Of a stretch of 64,000 bases of DNA, positions 35,527 through 47,806 are shown piece by piece (the first letter of the stretch is position 1; every line of letters begins with the position of its first letter). The stretch comes from Alloascoidea hylecoeti. Its lineage: Eukaryota. The notes below the pieces were generated by a model. The model saw only the letters and a program-made list of their open reading frames with translations, did not search any database and was not told the origin of the DNA. The position numbers and the translations under genes were made by a program. Location of the stretch: assembly GCA_001600815.1 (NCBI GenBank), contig BCKZ01000015.1:310001-374000 (forward strand), given 5' to 3'.

Positions 35527-36957
35527 ATGTCTTCAATGAACCAAAACCAAAATCTGATTTCCGAGACAGCTTCTTGGCTAGATGAGATGGGCCCTCCAAT
35601 TCCCCCTAAGTCAGATAAATATCCTATCATCCTGGATAAACATGAAAAAGAAGTTGCAATTACCGTATTAGATGAATATAAAGAAGAGATCGCATCACAT
35701 TTATCATCAATGGAACATCTTTCTATCATTGACGTTCATTTGATTAACATGCAGCCAGAAATCAAATGGCATATGAGACCATATCTTTTGGACTTTATTA
35801 TTGAATCCCATTTAGCATTGGAGTTAATACAGAAAACTTTATTCCTCGCATGTAATATTATTGACAGGTATTGTGGAAAAAGAATGGTTTTTAAACAACA
35901 TTACCAACTTGTTGGATCTACTGCATTATGGATAGCCTCAAAATATGAAGATAAAAAATCTTCAGTACCAACATTACTTGAATTGCAACGCATCTGCCAG
36001 GATGCTTATAAAGTGGATATGTTTATTCAAATGGAGTGTCATATTTTAACAACACTAGAATGGATGATGAACCCACCGACTATTGAAGATTTTTTACAAT
36101 TTTCAATTGGGTTAACTGAATGCCCGGAATCATCTCCAGATTTTATTAACATTCATAGACAAGCTTGTCAGATTTCTCCCTGTAAAACTGTCCAAGCAAT
36201 TACTGGCATATCAAGCTACTTTTGTGAAATATCCCTCTACCATCGATCATTTTTTGCCTTCTCTGCTTCAACCATTGCTATAGCTTCGCATATCCTAACA
36301 AGTCAAATTTTAATGCTATCAATTAAACCTAAGACAACAATACCTGGAATGAGAGAGAACCCAGATTCCGAAGCTCAAATATCAGAGTGTATCTCATTGA
36401 TGATGAATCTAGCCCCTACTTCTTCTCCATATGTCCAGGCCAAATATGCTGAATTTAGTGACATTGTCAGGAACTTTTTCACAAACTCTACCGGCTCCTT
36501 TAGTGGTCCCTCTTTTAATGTTATAAACCAAAGAAGACCTATTGTGAGACCATTAAATAATTCTTTAGTGTCAAACATTAATTTTAAAACATCTACCAAG
36601 ACAATTAAAGATAATCCCGAAGCTCAACATCAATATTCGATCCCCACTCCAACAACACCTCCATGCTCATCCAGATCAAGATCCTTTACGTTTTCATCTA
36701 AAAGTAGTCTAGTCCTCTCTCCACGATACATTGACTCGCCCTCTTCTTCTATTAGTAGCCCTATTGAAAGTTATGCAAATAAAAGATGCAAATTGAACTC
36801 AGATTCCAAGTATAGAAACTCCTCTGTGTCTTCCCTAAACCTTAAGATTAAACCATTGGTACTAGTACCGAGTAGGGAGAATTCAAAAGTTTCAGATAAT
36901 AATAATTACACTACTGAACCCCAAACAGTTGATAGTGATGAAGAAAATGAAGAGTAA
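35527..36957 (+). CDS. G1 cyclin (Cln/Ccn1/Puc1-type)
   Basis: QPEIKWHMRPYLLDFIIESH..IDRYCGKRMVFKQHYQLVGSTALWIASKYEDKK and a Ser/Pro/Thr-rich PEST-like tail. Confidence 0.92.
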   Translation: MSSMNQNQNLISETASWLDEMGPPIPPKSDKYPIILDKHEKEVAITVLDEYKEEIASHLSSMEHLSIIDVHLINMQPEIKWHMRPYLLDFIIESHLALELIQKTLFLACNIIDRYCGKRMVFKQHYQLVGSTALWIASKYEDKKSSVPTLLELQRICQDAYKVDMFIQMECHILTTLEWMMNPPTIEDFLQFSIGLTECPESSPDFINIHRQACQISPCKTVQAITGISSYFCEISLYHRSFFAFSASTIAIASHILTSQILMLSIKPKTTIPGMRENPDSEAQISECISLMMNLAPTSSPYVQAKYAEFSDIVRNFFTNSTGSFSGPSFNVINQRRPIVRPLNNSLVSNINFKTSTKTIKDNPEAQHQYSIPTPTTPPCSSRSRSFTFSSKSSLVLSPRYIDSPSSSISSPIESYANKRCKLNSDSKYRNSSVSSLNLKIKPLVLVPSRENSKVSDNNNYTTEPQTVDSDEENEE

Positions 36958-38093
36958 ACTTCCAAGGACTAGCTGTTGAAGATTTTTGTTATTAGGATCA
37001 CTACCCACTTTCTAAGGGTGATCCTACTGTAATCGGTTAGACTAGGGAAACCGGTTACTATTATATTCACCAGAAGATAACTTGGTTAAACTCCATTAAA
37101 AATTGGGAAGAGGGGATTCCAAAAAAGATGAGCTGTGAAATTTTTACGAAAAGTCACTTCTTTTAGAAAGAAAAAGGGTTGAACCCCACAATATGCGGAG
37201 CCCACGTTAGATGCTTAATTCTTGTGGAGCTAGCAATAATCAGTTCAATTGGAACCATTAACTACCAGGAATTTCTTGAAGACAATTACTTAAAGGTGGA
37301 AAATGAAAGGCAAATATGTTCAGAGACCCATATGTATATTATGATGAGATAAAAAGCAAATGAGTAGGTCTAGTATGTTCATAGACTCAAGTTAATGATA
37401 ATTGACATTACCAAATAGGCTATAGGTATCATTCATTATTGTTATATATATATATATATATATATATATAGCTAATATTTTAGATTATTTAGATAGTAAT
37501 TAAAAATTTTGTTTACCACAAAAAGGGAGAACGGTTTGTGTATCATAAGAATTTATATATCAAACTTGTTGAGCGGAATAATTTAGACTCGTTGAAATAT
37601 TTTAGGTTGCTTTGTTTATAGATATAGATATTATGAAATATTAATAGCATATACTTGAAGCGCATAGTATATGCATTGTAACTCTAACAAAAATAAGCAA
37701 AAATGAAATATAGGATCATACATATAAGCTGAATACCTACAACTGCTACTAACCTGTTATATACGTTCCTTTAGGTGCCGGGAAAGTTGGGTTACCTAAT
37801 AATCTCGCGTGTCCTGACTCCTGGGTTGTAAGTCGACCGAAATTTTGAGGGAGAAAGATTGTATGCATTGGTGGTTAACGTATAAGTTATAACTACTGTA
37901 GTTATAGGGAGGCCTCAGATCAGCTATAAATTTATCCTAGGCATTTCTCAGTCGAGTAACTTACATTTCCAAAAGGAATTATAATAAATATATTGGTTCT
38001 CATTCCATTCATGATAAGCTGTAGGAAAAAAATAAAAAACATTCATATCAAAAACTTAAGATAAATACTAGGTGGTTATTACTATGTACAATT

Positions 38094-39311
38094 TTAACGT
38101 AATTTTTTACCTTTATATTTACTCTTACTTTTCTTCTTGACTTCAATTGGTTTAGGTTTCTCATCTCTTTTCAGCATCTTCTTTACATCCTTAATATCAT
38201 CTTTAACAATTTCTTTCATCAACTTAACATGCCAAAGCCTTCCATTCTTTTCCCTCAACTCATTCTTCTTATCTGCCAATTTCTTCATCTCGATCCCTAA
38301 TTGTTGATCATAACTAACACCTCTTTGTGCTTCTTTAATACTCTCTTTTCCAAATAAAAAATCAAACACTCGTCCATCTCCCCAAAAAAACCCTTTTCTA
38401 TCAACAATCCATGGTAATCTTTTGCCTTTTTCCCGTAACATGAAGAAAAAAGTTGACCTATCTGCTGTTCCGTAAAACCCATTACCTGTCCATACTTTAG
38501 TCTTTTTTCCACGTACTAAATTATCCAAGGGAATTGTATAAATTGGCGTTGCTCTTCCAGGAATTATAGGATGTGTTGAAAATTGTATAAAAACTTTATT
38601 ATTCAAATTAGGAACATAAACAATCTTTCGAATCAATCGACTTGGAATAATTGTACAAAGCCAACAACAAAACCCAGGGATCAAAAAAATTAATAATGAT
38701 ATTGAAACACGACCACCGAATAGTAAACCATTATGGAAAGGAATTAAATTATTTGAATTTTCAAGATATATATTATATGATTCATGCAATGACCAATCTA
38801 AAAATGTTAATCCATAGACACCAAATATAAATCCTAAACATCCACAAATTAAGAAATATAATCGATGTGGCTCACTTTCATAAATTACTTCTGGTTCAGT
38901 TTTAGTTTGTAATATATTGATTAGTTTGGAGAAAGTTAAATGAGGACCAACTCTGGGGACGTTAGGTCGTGGTAATATAGTAGGAATGTTTTCCTTTGAT
39001 AAAGGAAATTTGGGGATACGGGATGTCAGAGTATTTGAAGATAGGTCTTGAGTTGCATAGAAGGATTTATGTTCAATTATATCGGAATTTGGTTGTTCAA
39101 TTTCCATATTTTTATTCAAATTCACATCAACTGTATTTGATTTTTGAGTTTTGATTTTATTTTTAATTTCATTTTTGGAAGTTTTAGTTATATCATTATG
39201 GTTATACCGTGTTTGGATTGTATTAACTTGAATCATTTTCATAATTGAGCGAGGTTTTAATTTCAAAATTGAAATTGGTGCTCTGTGCACTAATATCCCA
39301 TTCAGAATCAT
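38094..39311 (-). CDS. Probable mitochondrial two-TM membrane protein (possibly TMEM223-like)
   Basis: 405-aa ORF with a basic presequence-like N-terminus and two hydrophobic segments after IYESEPHRLYF. Family call is tentative. Confidence 0.7.
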   Translation of the reverse strand: MILNGILVHRAPISILKLKPRSIMKMIQVNTIQTRYNHNDITKTSKNEIKNKIKTQKSNTVDVNLNKNMEIEQPNSDIIEHKSFYATQDLSSNTLTSRIPKFPLSKENIPTILPRPNVPRVGPHLTFSKLINILQTKTEPEVIYESEPHRLYFLICGCLGFIFGVYGLTFLDWSLHESYNIYLENSNNLIPFHNGLLFGGRVSISLLIFLIPGFCCWLCTIIPSRLIRKIVYVPNLNNKVFIQFSTHPIIPGRATPIYTIPLDNLVRGKKTKVWTGNGFYGTADRSTFFFMLREKGKRLPWIVDRKGFFWGDGRVFDFLFGKESIKEAQRGVSYDQQLGIEMKKLADKKNELREKNGRLWHVKLMKEIVKDDIKDVKKMLKRDEKPKPIEVKKKSKSKYKGKKLR

Positions 39312-39401
39312 TATTATACCATTAATATTAGTGGAGGATCTAGGAGGTTTGGTTTTAGAAATTTTTCTTTCAACCTTCCATCTCTGATTTTCTCATCACT
39401 A

Positions 39402-39872
39402 ATGCAACATCACGAAAATACAAATAATATGAATAATGGCCATGCCATAGATCCCACCACAAGAACAGTACATGAAACTGAAATAACTACAACTTCAACA
39501 GAAGAACGAACAGCAAGAGAAGATACAACACCGATACCAAAATTAAATGTCAATGAAAATCCCGATTATATAGCGTTAAAATCAACATTGTCCCTTCTTG
39601 AATCCCAAAGGAAGCAATCGACGAAAGATATTTTAAAATTGGATTTATTAAAAACTGAAGCTTTATCAAATCCTCAAATGTTTATCAATAATTTACAAAC
39701 AAATTCACATAAAATTCCGGTAATGCAGAAAATTGTCCAGGTTCCAAAAATTGATATGAAGAAATATCCAGTGGGGAATTCCAATGTTGTTAATGATGAA
39801 GATGGGAATGAGGAAAAGGATCCGATGTTCAAGGAAACTAGATTGTTTGATCAACAACAAGAAAAAGAGTGA
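39402..39872 (+). CDS. Small protein resembling the ZZZ3/Ahc2-type HAT-complex module
   Basis: NPDYIALKSTLSLLESQRKQSTKDILKL..EALSNPQMFINNL..QKIVQVPKID pattern recalled from ZZZ3-like proteins; not verified by search. Confidence 0.6.
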   Translation: MQHHENTNNMNNGHAIDPTTRTVHETEITTTSTEERTAREDTTPIPKLNVNENPDYIALKSTLSLLESQRKQSTKDILKLDLLKTEALSNPQMFINNLQTNSHKIPVMQKIVQVPKIDMKKYPVGNSNVVNDEDGNEEKDPMFKETRLFDQQQEKE

Positions 39873-40447
39873 TTTATATGCATGATGTTTAATGTTATTT
39901 AGTTAACCGGATAGGAGTGTATACAATCATCTTATTGCTATTACATGGAAAACATATTATAATGCATACACAACTAGTGGTTGTAATATTCACAACATAA
40001 GAGTATAGGCTTAAATTATTTATCAAAAGGCAAGCACAGTATCTAAAAAGTTGACAGAGTAAACAAACGGTGTATCTACAGAAAGGCTAAATAATATACG
40101 GTACATTTAAATAAACCTGGTACTATACTATTAATTACTTTACTCTCAATTCCTTCAATATTAACTATGCACTCATTTGGAGCTTTAAGCAAAGTATTTC
40201 CCTTACATCTGTACATTAATAAGAATTAATGCTATATAAGTTTCAGTATGGATTTTAATATTACATGAGCGGTGTAAGAGTTCCACCTCAAGAGTTATGG
40301 TTAACGTTTTTAGATTTCAAAAGTAATGTAATGCATGGCCTTATTACTAATTTATAGATATAAAACATCATGAAATAATGGCTATTCAAAATATCTAAAA
40401 GGATTAAAATTATGTACTCCCATATACAATATCGATGATATATTTAT

Positions 40448-42535
40448 CTATTTCTTACTACAACAAGAACTTGTTTCTGTAAAAGCCAATCTTGATGCAG
40501 AATCAGTCATACTCTGAATGGGTCCTTTCATTGCTCGCGCTTGGCTGGTAGTAGCAGCATGAGAAGGAATAATATCCAACCCAGGACATTGTAAAAAGAA
40601 ATGACGGGGTCTCAATATTAATGACATTGGTTCTGCTGGCATAATTGGAAAATCCTCCGGTGCTGGAATATGTGTGATTCCAAATGTATGATAAACAATA
40701 ATATCAGTATTTTCAATTGAGTCGGACCCATCTCCTACCCATTCTGGCAAACCTTTTGAAGGTTCTCCTGAAGTTTGTGGAACATATTTACCAGCTGGAA
40801 AAATCCTATCTTCCTTATACGGAACAACACACATATGCTGACGAGCGAATCCTGCCCTCTTCCAGACAAGACCTCCTGGTTTACACATCAAGGGTGGACA
40901 TTCTCTAGAAACAAGTTTATAAGAAGGTGGTTTACCAGAATATTGATTGGCTTTATTAGGATTAAATATATCCCAAGTTCTTCCTGTACTACTCTCATAA
41001 TTTGTTATTGATTCCTTAACTGTTTTAAAATTTGTCTTTTTGGCAAAAAATGCGTTCCCATACTTGTTTTCTTTCGACCCAACTGGTGCTTCTGGTCTCG
41101 CACCATCAACTACACCAACTGAATTACCATCTCCGTCAATTCTTGGATGTAATCGTAATGAGAATAAATGTTGATGATTATGGGCATTAACATTAGGATA
41201 AACAATACATCCATATGGCTCTGCTGATTCTCCTTTACCAAGTGAATATGTATTTAGCATACCTGTTAATTTCAACTCAAGTTGAATTGTACCATCTTGG
41301 TGGAATTTCCAATATACCATATACTCATAATTTGCTGCTGTAAATATCTGAGAGACAATCAATATTGTCGCACGTGTAACAATACTGGTCGCAAAATGAT
41401 CTCTAAAATCTGAATGTTTGAACAGTATACCATTATCTTCTTCATGTATACATATAGCATGAGGGACAGTGATTGCCTCACCTTCTCTATCACAAAAATG
41501 TGCATCAAGATAATGAATAACTCCTTTACAATCACAGCCGAGAGTAAGTGGATTTGTTAAATATCCTGCTCCATATTCACCAAGGTCAAAAGCATGCTTT
41601 CTCTGATGAGGAAATTCAGGATTACCGTACGGAACAACCATTTCAGCAATTGACATTCTATGAAATAACGGTCGAACGTTACCATGATCATTATAAGACA
41701 TGTTGCTCAAAACAATACCTTCATGATAATTAAATCCAATGTGGAACTTGAAATTTGACCATTCCATAATGTTCCCTGTCATCTTGAACGATACCCCTTC
41801 TGGCTGTGTAACATTAATAGGCTTGGCATCGGTTCTATATCCAAATGTTTTTTCAATATCAGGTGGATTAAAATTTGAATGAGCTGCTTTAGAAAGTGGC
41901 CTTCTAACTAAAGGAATGTCGATGAATATAACTTCTTTTGTTGCAATATCAACAATAGGACAGAAATCCAAAGGATGACAATATTGAGAATCATCTTCAT
42001 TAGCTCTATAATACATCAAAGCTTGTTGTAAACGTTTTGAAGTACCCCATCTTTCATCATAACCAATAGTCCATGAATCACAATAAACTTTATGCATTTC
42101 ATTAGCATTAACACCAGATAAAACACATTGCTTAATAACATTTGTATCTTTTCTGATAATTTCTTCTGTATCTCTTAGATCATCTGGTGTTAATGTTGGC
42201 TGAACACCCGTTACTTTCTTACTTGTAATAAACTTTCTCTCATCCAAATTTACAAAACCTTCAATTACACCATTATATCCCATTTCCAAAATAACAAACG
42301 ATGCCTCGCGTGCCGGTCTTTTAACAGTACTTGGATTTTCATCCCATGCTAAAAATGCTTCTTTTGATGGTTCTTTTAAGGTAAGAACATTAAATGAAAT
42401 ATCATGACCTTTGAAATGTTCCTTAATGATCTTAACAGCTACTGATATTTCAGATGCAGAGAGGGGATCAATTGGATATTGGGCGGTAACATAGGCACCA
42501 GTGGTCTGGGCTGACAGTTGTGATAATCTTTCCAT
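40448..42535 (-). CDS. AMO1: Copper (TPQ) amine oxidase, peroxisomal methylamine-oxidase type
   Basis: AANYEY cofactor motif, HNHQH copper ligands, THIPAPEDFPIMP and PTS2-like N-terminus MERLSQLSAQT. First ATG at 42535. Confidence 0.93.
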   Translation of the reverse strand: MERLSQLSAQTTGAYVTAQYPIDPLSASEISVAVKIIKEHFKGHDISFNVLTLKEPSKEAFLAWDENPSTVKRPAREASFVILEMGYNGVIEGFVNLDERKFITSKKVTGVQPTLTPDDLRDTEEIIRKDTNVIKQCVLSGVNANEMHKVYCDSWTIGYDERWGTSKRLQQALMYYRANEDDSQYCHPLDFCPIVDIATKEVIFIDIPLVRRPLSKAAHSNFNPPDIEKTFGYRTDAKPINVTQPEGVSFKMTGNIMEWSNFKFHIGFNYHEGIVLSNMSYNDHGNVRPLFHRMSIAEMVVPYGNPEFPHQRKHAFDLGEYGAGYLTNPLTLGCDCKGVIHYLDAHFCDREGEAITVPHAICIHEEDNGILFKHSDFRDHFATSIVTRATILIVSQIFTAANYEYMVYWKFHQDGTIQLELKLTGMLNTYSLGKGESAEPYGCIVYPNVNAHNHQHLFSLRLHPRIDGDGNSVGVVDGARPEAPVGSKENKYGNAFFAKKTNFKTVKESITNYESSTGRTWDIFNPNKANQYSGKPPSYKLVSRECPPLMCKPGGLVWKRAGFARQHMCVVPYKEDRIFPAGKYVPQTSGEPSKGLPEWVGDGSDSIENTDIIVYHTFGITHIPAPEDFPIMPAEPMSLILRPRHFFLQCPGLDIIPSHAATTSQARAMKGPIQSMTDSASRLAFTETSSCCSKK

Positions 42536-43932
42536 AATAAATATTTGCTGTTTCAATTGTGTTGATAATGATTTTTATGGAACGATAATGGAAATATATA
42601 AGTTAAATTATTCAAAGTGTTACTATCGTAACTTATTACTATCGATAGATAGATAGATCGATATATTTACATTTTAGGAAGTTTTACACTGTTTGCAATT
42701 GATAACGGGATTTCGATTATAACGGTTGATAAAAGCGTACGGATCTAGATCGGAAATTGGAAAAGTTGCAATTGGTTGATATTACTTAGATCATTTTTAA
42801 TTTATATTTTTGTTATTGTTGTCTTATTTATAAATAATAGAGTCTTTAATTTGTTAAGAGAGGTTGAAAAGTCACGCCATTCTTAACATTTCGTTAATAA
42901 ATTCCTATTACAGATTTTCAATTGACCTAGGGAAACAATTTCCTTTATCGATAACTATAATTAAAACTTTCAAAAGCCCTAAAATTTATACGATGGTGAA
43001 GAACTGGTTATAATTCCATATATTTTGGTTTTACAACCTCCGGTTTTCAACTGCAAACATATTAATATTGCGTAAACACTTTCCTAATTCGGTTGGTCTC
43101 TGTTGTCAAACCCGTGATCTATAGATAACTAATATTGGAAATTAAGACATAACAAATCTGAAGTACTAAAATCCGTTTAAAATTTAAACATAAAGATATA
43201 TTAATATCGGTACCGGAGGAAAAAACAAGTCTATATAAAAGGTGTTACGTAAGATGTTTTTTACAATTATTAAGCTATTGCTTATGCATATAAGACTTAT
43301 AAACTTGGGTTTTGTGAAGATGAATACATACAAGCTCGCGATTGGCCAAAAAAATTTTATTTTATTTTTTATACCTGATCGGATTAATACATGTAGTGTA
43401 TCTTTACTATTAATTAAAACAATATATATATTTAGCTGAAAATATTGATTCTCTTATGTAATCGGCATTTTCAAATCTTACTAACTGTAATTTCTATTTA
43501 TATGAAGGACTTGGGGTTATACCATATAGATTATACATGTTGAGTAGAAATTGCTTATTGTTAATGTATAAATTTTGAAGGGCGCGGCGTTTTTCTCTAG
43601 CCACATCAATTGTGACTTCCCTGCATAACGCAGGTTCTCTTTCAGTATTTGAAATTTGAATCAAATTTTCATATTATAAATAAATATTATAATTGTAGAT
43701 TCTTGTCCATATGCGAACTTATTATTACGAAGCCTCAGATAATTATCCTTGAATCAAACACAATTCATGGTCAGTTCACAATATATACAAACTGTTTTTT
43801 CAATCTATTAAAATTACAATCTTTTCCTAAGGACAAGTGCTACTCATAAATTTTTTAATCTTCAATTTTCACCCTTCAATCTTTAATCTTCACATCACAA
43901 TCAGTATAAGTTTCAATAAATCGTAAAAGTAA

Positions 43933-45714
43933 ATGTCGAGTCGAAGTGATACTGATCAAGAGAGTTATTTGAAATCGGATGATGCTCCGAAAATATCAAC
44001 CAGTACACTAGAACAAGGGAAAACAAATAATCGAAATGCAGATGATGATTCACAAGACAAAGTTGGCCATTGGCAGTCTTTTAAGGACTCATTTAAGCCT
44101 TTTCAAATGGAAGAACTTGACCCAAACTTAACCGACGAAGAAAAAAAGAGAGCTGTCGCTGCAAGGGCTCCCTTGTCAAAGACACTTAAAAATCGGCATA
44201 TTCAAATGATTGCTATCGCAAGTTGTATTGGTACTGGGTTGTTTGTTGGTTCAGGTACTGCTTTGAAAACTGGAGGTCCTCTTGGTCTTGTTCTTGGTTG
44301 GAGCATAATTGGGTCTGCCGTATTTTGTACGATTCATTCACTTGGAGAGCTTTGTGTTGCCTATCCATTACCTGGTACTTTCATCACACAATGTATGAAA
44401 TTTATCGATCCATCCTGGGCTTTTTCAGTCGGGTGGTGCTATGCAATTAGTAACTTTACTACTCTACCATTACAATTGGTTGCTGCCTCAATAACTATTC
44501 AATATTGGAATGATACTATTAATTCTGCTGCATTTGTTGGTATATTCTATGTACTAATTGTGGTGATTAATATATTTGGAGTAAAAGGATATGGCGAAGC
44601 CGAATTCGTGTTTTCCTTAATTAAAGTTGTGACCATTATTGGGTTTTTTATATTAGCATTAGTATTGATATGTGGTGGAGGGCCCCAAGGGGGTTACATC
44701 GGAGCAAAATATTGGCATGATCCTGGATGTTTAGCCAATGGGTTCAAAGGCGTTTGTAGCGTTTTTGTTACTGCTGCTTTTTCATATATGGGGACTGAAT
44801 TAGTTGGAATCACAGCTGCAGAAACGGGCAATCCAAGAAAAACAATTCCAGCCGCTACCAAGCAGGTTTTTTGGCGTTGTGTCTTTTTTTATTTAACAAC
44901 GTTGATTATGGTTGGATTCTTGGTTCCTTACACAGAGAAGCGATTGATGAGTTCAAGCAGTTCTGATGCATCATCTTCACCATTTGTTTTAGCCATCGCG
45001 AATGCTGGGATTAAAGGTTTGCCATCAGTAATTAATGCTGTTATCATGATAGCAGTAATTTCGGTTGCTAATTCTGTTACTTATGGTTGTTCAAGAACTT
45101 TACAAGGCATGGCTGATCTAAAATTGGCACCAAATTTTCTTGCCTATATCGATAGAAGCGGGAGGCCACTTGGGAGTTTAATTGTAACTTTAATTTTTGG
45201 TCTCATTTCGTTCATTTGTGCGTCTCCAAAGCAAAGTGAAATATTTGCTTGGTTAATGGCAATTGCTGGTTTGGCTGGTATATTGGTTTGGCTGACAATA
45301 GGTGTATGCCATATTAGATTTAGAGCAGCAATGAAAAAGCAAAATAGAAGTCTTGAAGAATTGGCATTTGTTGCGCAAACAGGTATTTTTGGTTCTTATT
45401 ACTGTATTCTTATAAATTGTTTGGTTTTAATTTCACAATTTTGGATTGCCTTATACCCGGTAGGTTCAGGTAAACCCGATGCACAAACTTTCTTTCAAGC
45501 TTACTTAACAATTCCAATTACATTGGTTTGTTATTTTGGCCATAAAATTTATACTAAAAATTGGAAAATTTTCATACCTTTAGATCAAATTGATCTTGAT
45601 GAAGGAAGAAGAAATTATGATATTGATATGCTGAAACAAGAGATAGAAGAAGATAAAGAGCACATCAAATCTAAACCTTTATACTACAAAATTTATAGAT
45701 TTTTGTGGAATTGA
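43933..45714 (+). CDS. Amino-acid permease (YAT family, Gap1-like), copy 1
   Basis: LKNRHIQMIAIASCIGTGLFVGSG, GYGEAEF, AAETGNP motifs; about 12 TM segments. Confidence 0.94.
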   Translation: MSSRSDTDQESYLKSDDAPKISTSTLEQGKTNNRNADDDSQDKVGHWQSFKDSFKPFQMEELDPNLTDEEKKRAVAARAPLSKTLKNRHIQMIAIASCIGTGLFVGSGTALKTGGPLGLVLGWSIIGSAVFCTIHSLGELCVAYPLPGTFITQCMKFIDPSWAFSVGWCYAISNFTTLPLQLVAASITIQYWNDTINSAAFVGIFYVLIVVINIFGVKGYGEAEFVFSLIKVVTIIGFFILALVLICGGGPQGGYIGAKYWHDPGCLANGFKGVCSVFVTAAFSYMGTELVGITAAETGNPRKTIPAATKQVFWRCVFFYLTTLIMVGFLVPYTEKRLMSSSSSDASSSPFVLAIANAGIKGLPSVINAVIMIAVISVANSVTYGCSRTLQGMADLKLAPNFLAYIDRSGRPLGSLIVTLIFGLISFICASPKQSEIFAWLMAIAGLAGILVWLTIGVCHIRFRAAMKKQNRSLEELAFVAQTGIFGSYYCILINCLVLISQFWIALYPVGSGKPDAQTFFQAYLTIPITLVCYFGHKIYTKNWKIFIPLDQIDLDEGRRNYDIDMLKQEIEEDKEHIKSKPLYYKIYRFLWN

Positions 45715-47806
45715 GTAGTATTATTAATATTTAACCTAAGGAGAAAAAAATAAGACTATGCATTGTGTCTGCCATTAATTTGAACTCTAGTCTAGTTAAA
45801 TAATATATGATACAATAAGTTAGTGATGATCATATAAACTAAAATATAAGGATATTTAGAATTTATGTATGGTGGGGTTAAGTCTAAAGTTGCGCGCTTT
45901 TCTGGCTTACAACTCAAAATAAATATGACAATTAATATTATAGCCAGCTATTGAGTAGCAATGAGCGCTCTACATGACCTTAAACTGTTTTTTAAATCAC
46001 ACATAATGATCTGTAAATGCTAGATATTTTATTTATTATTTGAAATTTATAATTAGTATTTACTGTTAAGCATATACTTTCCCGAATCCAGATCCTGTAA
46101 TGACCGAACATTCATCACTGAATACAGCACCATCCCAAATATCCTGAAACTAGTCCACTCTATTTCACACAATAAACTTCCTTTGGTTCTTTTCATCCGG
46201 AAAATGCCTTTTATATGTCGAAAATGTTCCATATTCATGTTTTCTTAGAAGGCCTAGGGATAGGGTAGTCTTTGGAATGATATCTGAAAACAAAGTACTA
46301 GCTAGTACTAGTATTCTTTAGACTTGGCTTTATATTGAGTGAACATATATATATATATTAGGAGCCACAACCTCAATATGCGCCGAGGTAGCTAATACTT
46401 GTATTAAGGTATACGTATAATGCCATTAATTGTCTGTATATAATTACATGTTATATATAGTCATTGCAACTGCATTGTAAACATAAAGCTTAAGCTTAGA
46501 TATGATATGAACTTAATTGAAGGGTTAAAGTGGCTTGATTTGAAATTGGACCGCTATGTATGTTACAATACCAATGCTACACTGAATGACTACGTATCCT
46601 GCTATTTCAAATCATGTTGTCGATTATGCTCATCATCCTAATGCTTTTCATTTTGGCGAGTCACCTGTTGATTATTCCTGCAGTTGGTTAATGTATGCAG
46701 GCATGGTATAAGATCTTACAAATTATATGTTTCGGATTCCTCTACATTAAATATTAATAGTGGCTAATGACCAAGCCTCATTTTGGAGTAATTAAATGCC
46801 CCACGCATTATCCCAAGTATTATTATACATGGCCTTACATGCATTTTATAGAATATAAGTAAGATGGCCCTCGGCCAAAGTAATTAAGCTCTATAAATTT
46901 TCAATTGAATTCCCCTACGCTCGGAGATAAGTTGATAAATAATGTGGCTATATGTATATAGAGGGACAAAATCATCATTTAATAGGTAATATAAGAAGTC
47001 ATTTATAAAAATATATCAAATTTACCGGAAAGCTTATAATTTATACCATATACTACGGGTATATATATTCTGGCATTAGCCTAAATTAACACTAATTATA
47101 AGTTACCCACGCGTATCTGTTCTGCCGATTATTATTTCACTTTCAATTTCAAATTTATGATTTTACATTAAAAAACGAATGTTTTACAATTTTAAGTTTA
47201 AAAGAACAATTAAGTTCTTAAAATTATATAATTATGTACTGTTAAACAACGGCGTAAACGTGAGGGATTACACGGCGCACTGGCCGCAGGTACGGCGCAG
47301 ACCTTATTTTTGCGGAATAACCAACAAGATTTCAAATTTCAATTTACGAGCGGAACAATAATAAAATATGCATTTGGCACCGATGGCGATGCCTTTCTAC
47401 ATGATGATGAAGCATATTTTTATAGTAAGCAATGCTGAGCATGATGTTAATTTTTTTCTACTCCCCGAGGAGCATAATAAAAATTTTAAACACTCACAAA
47501 AGCCAATTATACATCGTTACTGTACTATTCCCCCGCGGTGCTTTCACTAATATAAGAAGTTTTTTTCAATTCTTATAATAATTCTATTACGAGCACTACG
47601 ATAGGATATGCATTCTTGGTTCTAATCTATACTTAGGTATACTTTTAGATGATGTAATATGTAATTATATTCTTTTTCTGGATATTGGATTAGTATTAAT
47701 ACACGCTGATTTCCTGTTTCTTTTCGAAATTTCACTACTATCATTTAACTTTAAAAAAGATCAATTACAAGTTTTAAGTCATAATTAATAAAAAATAAAA
47801 CATACA

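Noticed and set aside
36990..37310. Possible further Tc1 fragment (GTINYQEFLEDNYL)
   Set aside because: Only one short motif; too weak without a profile search.
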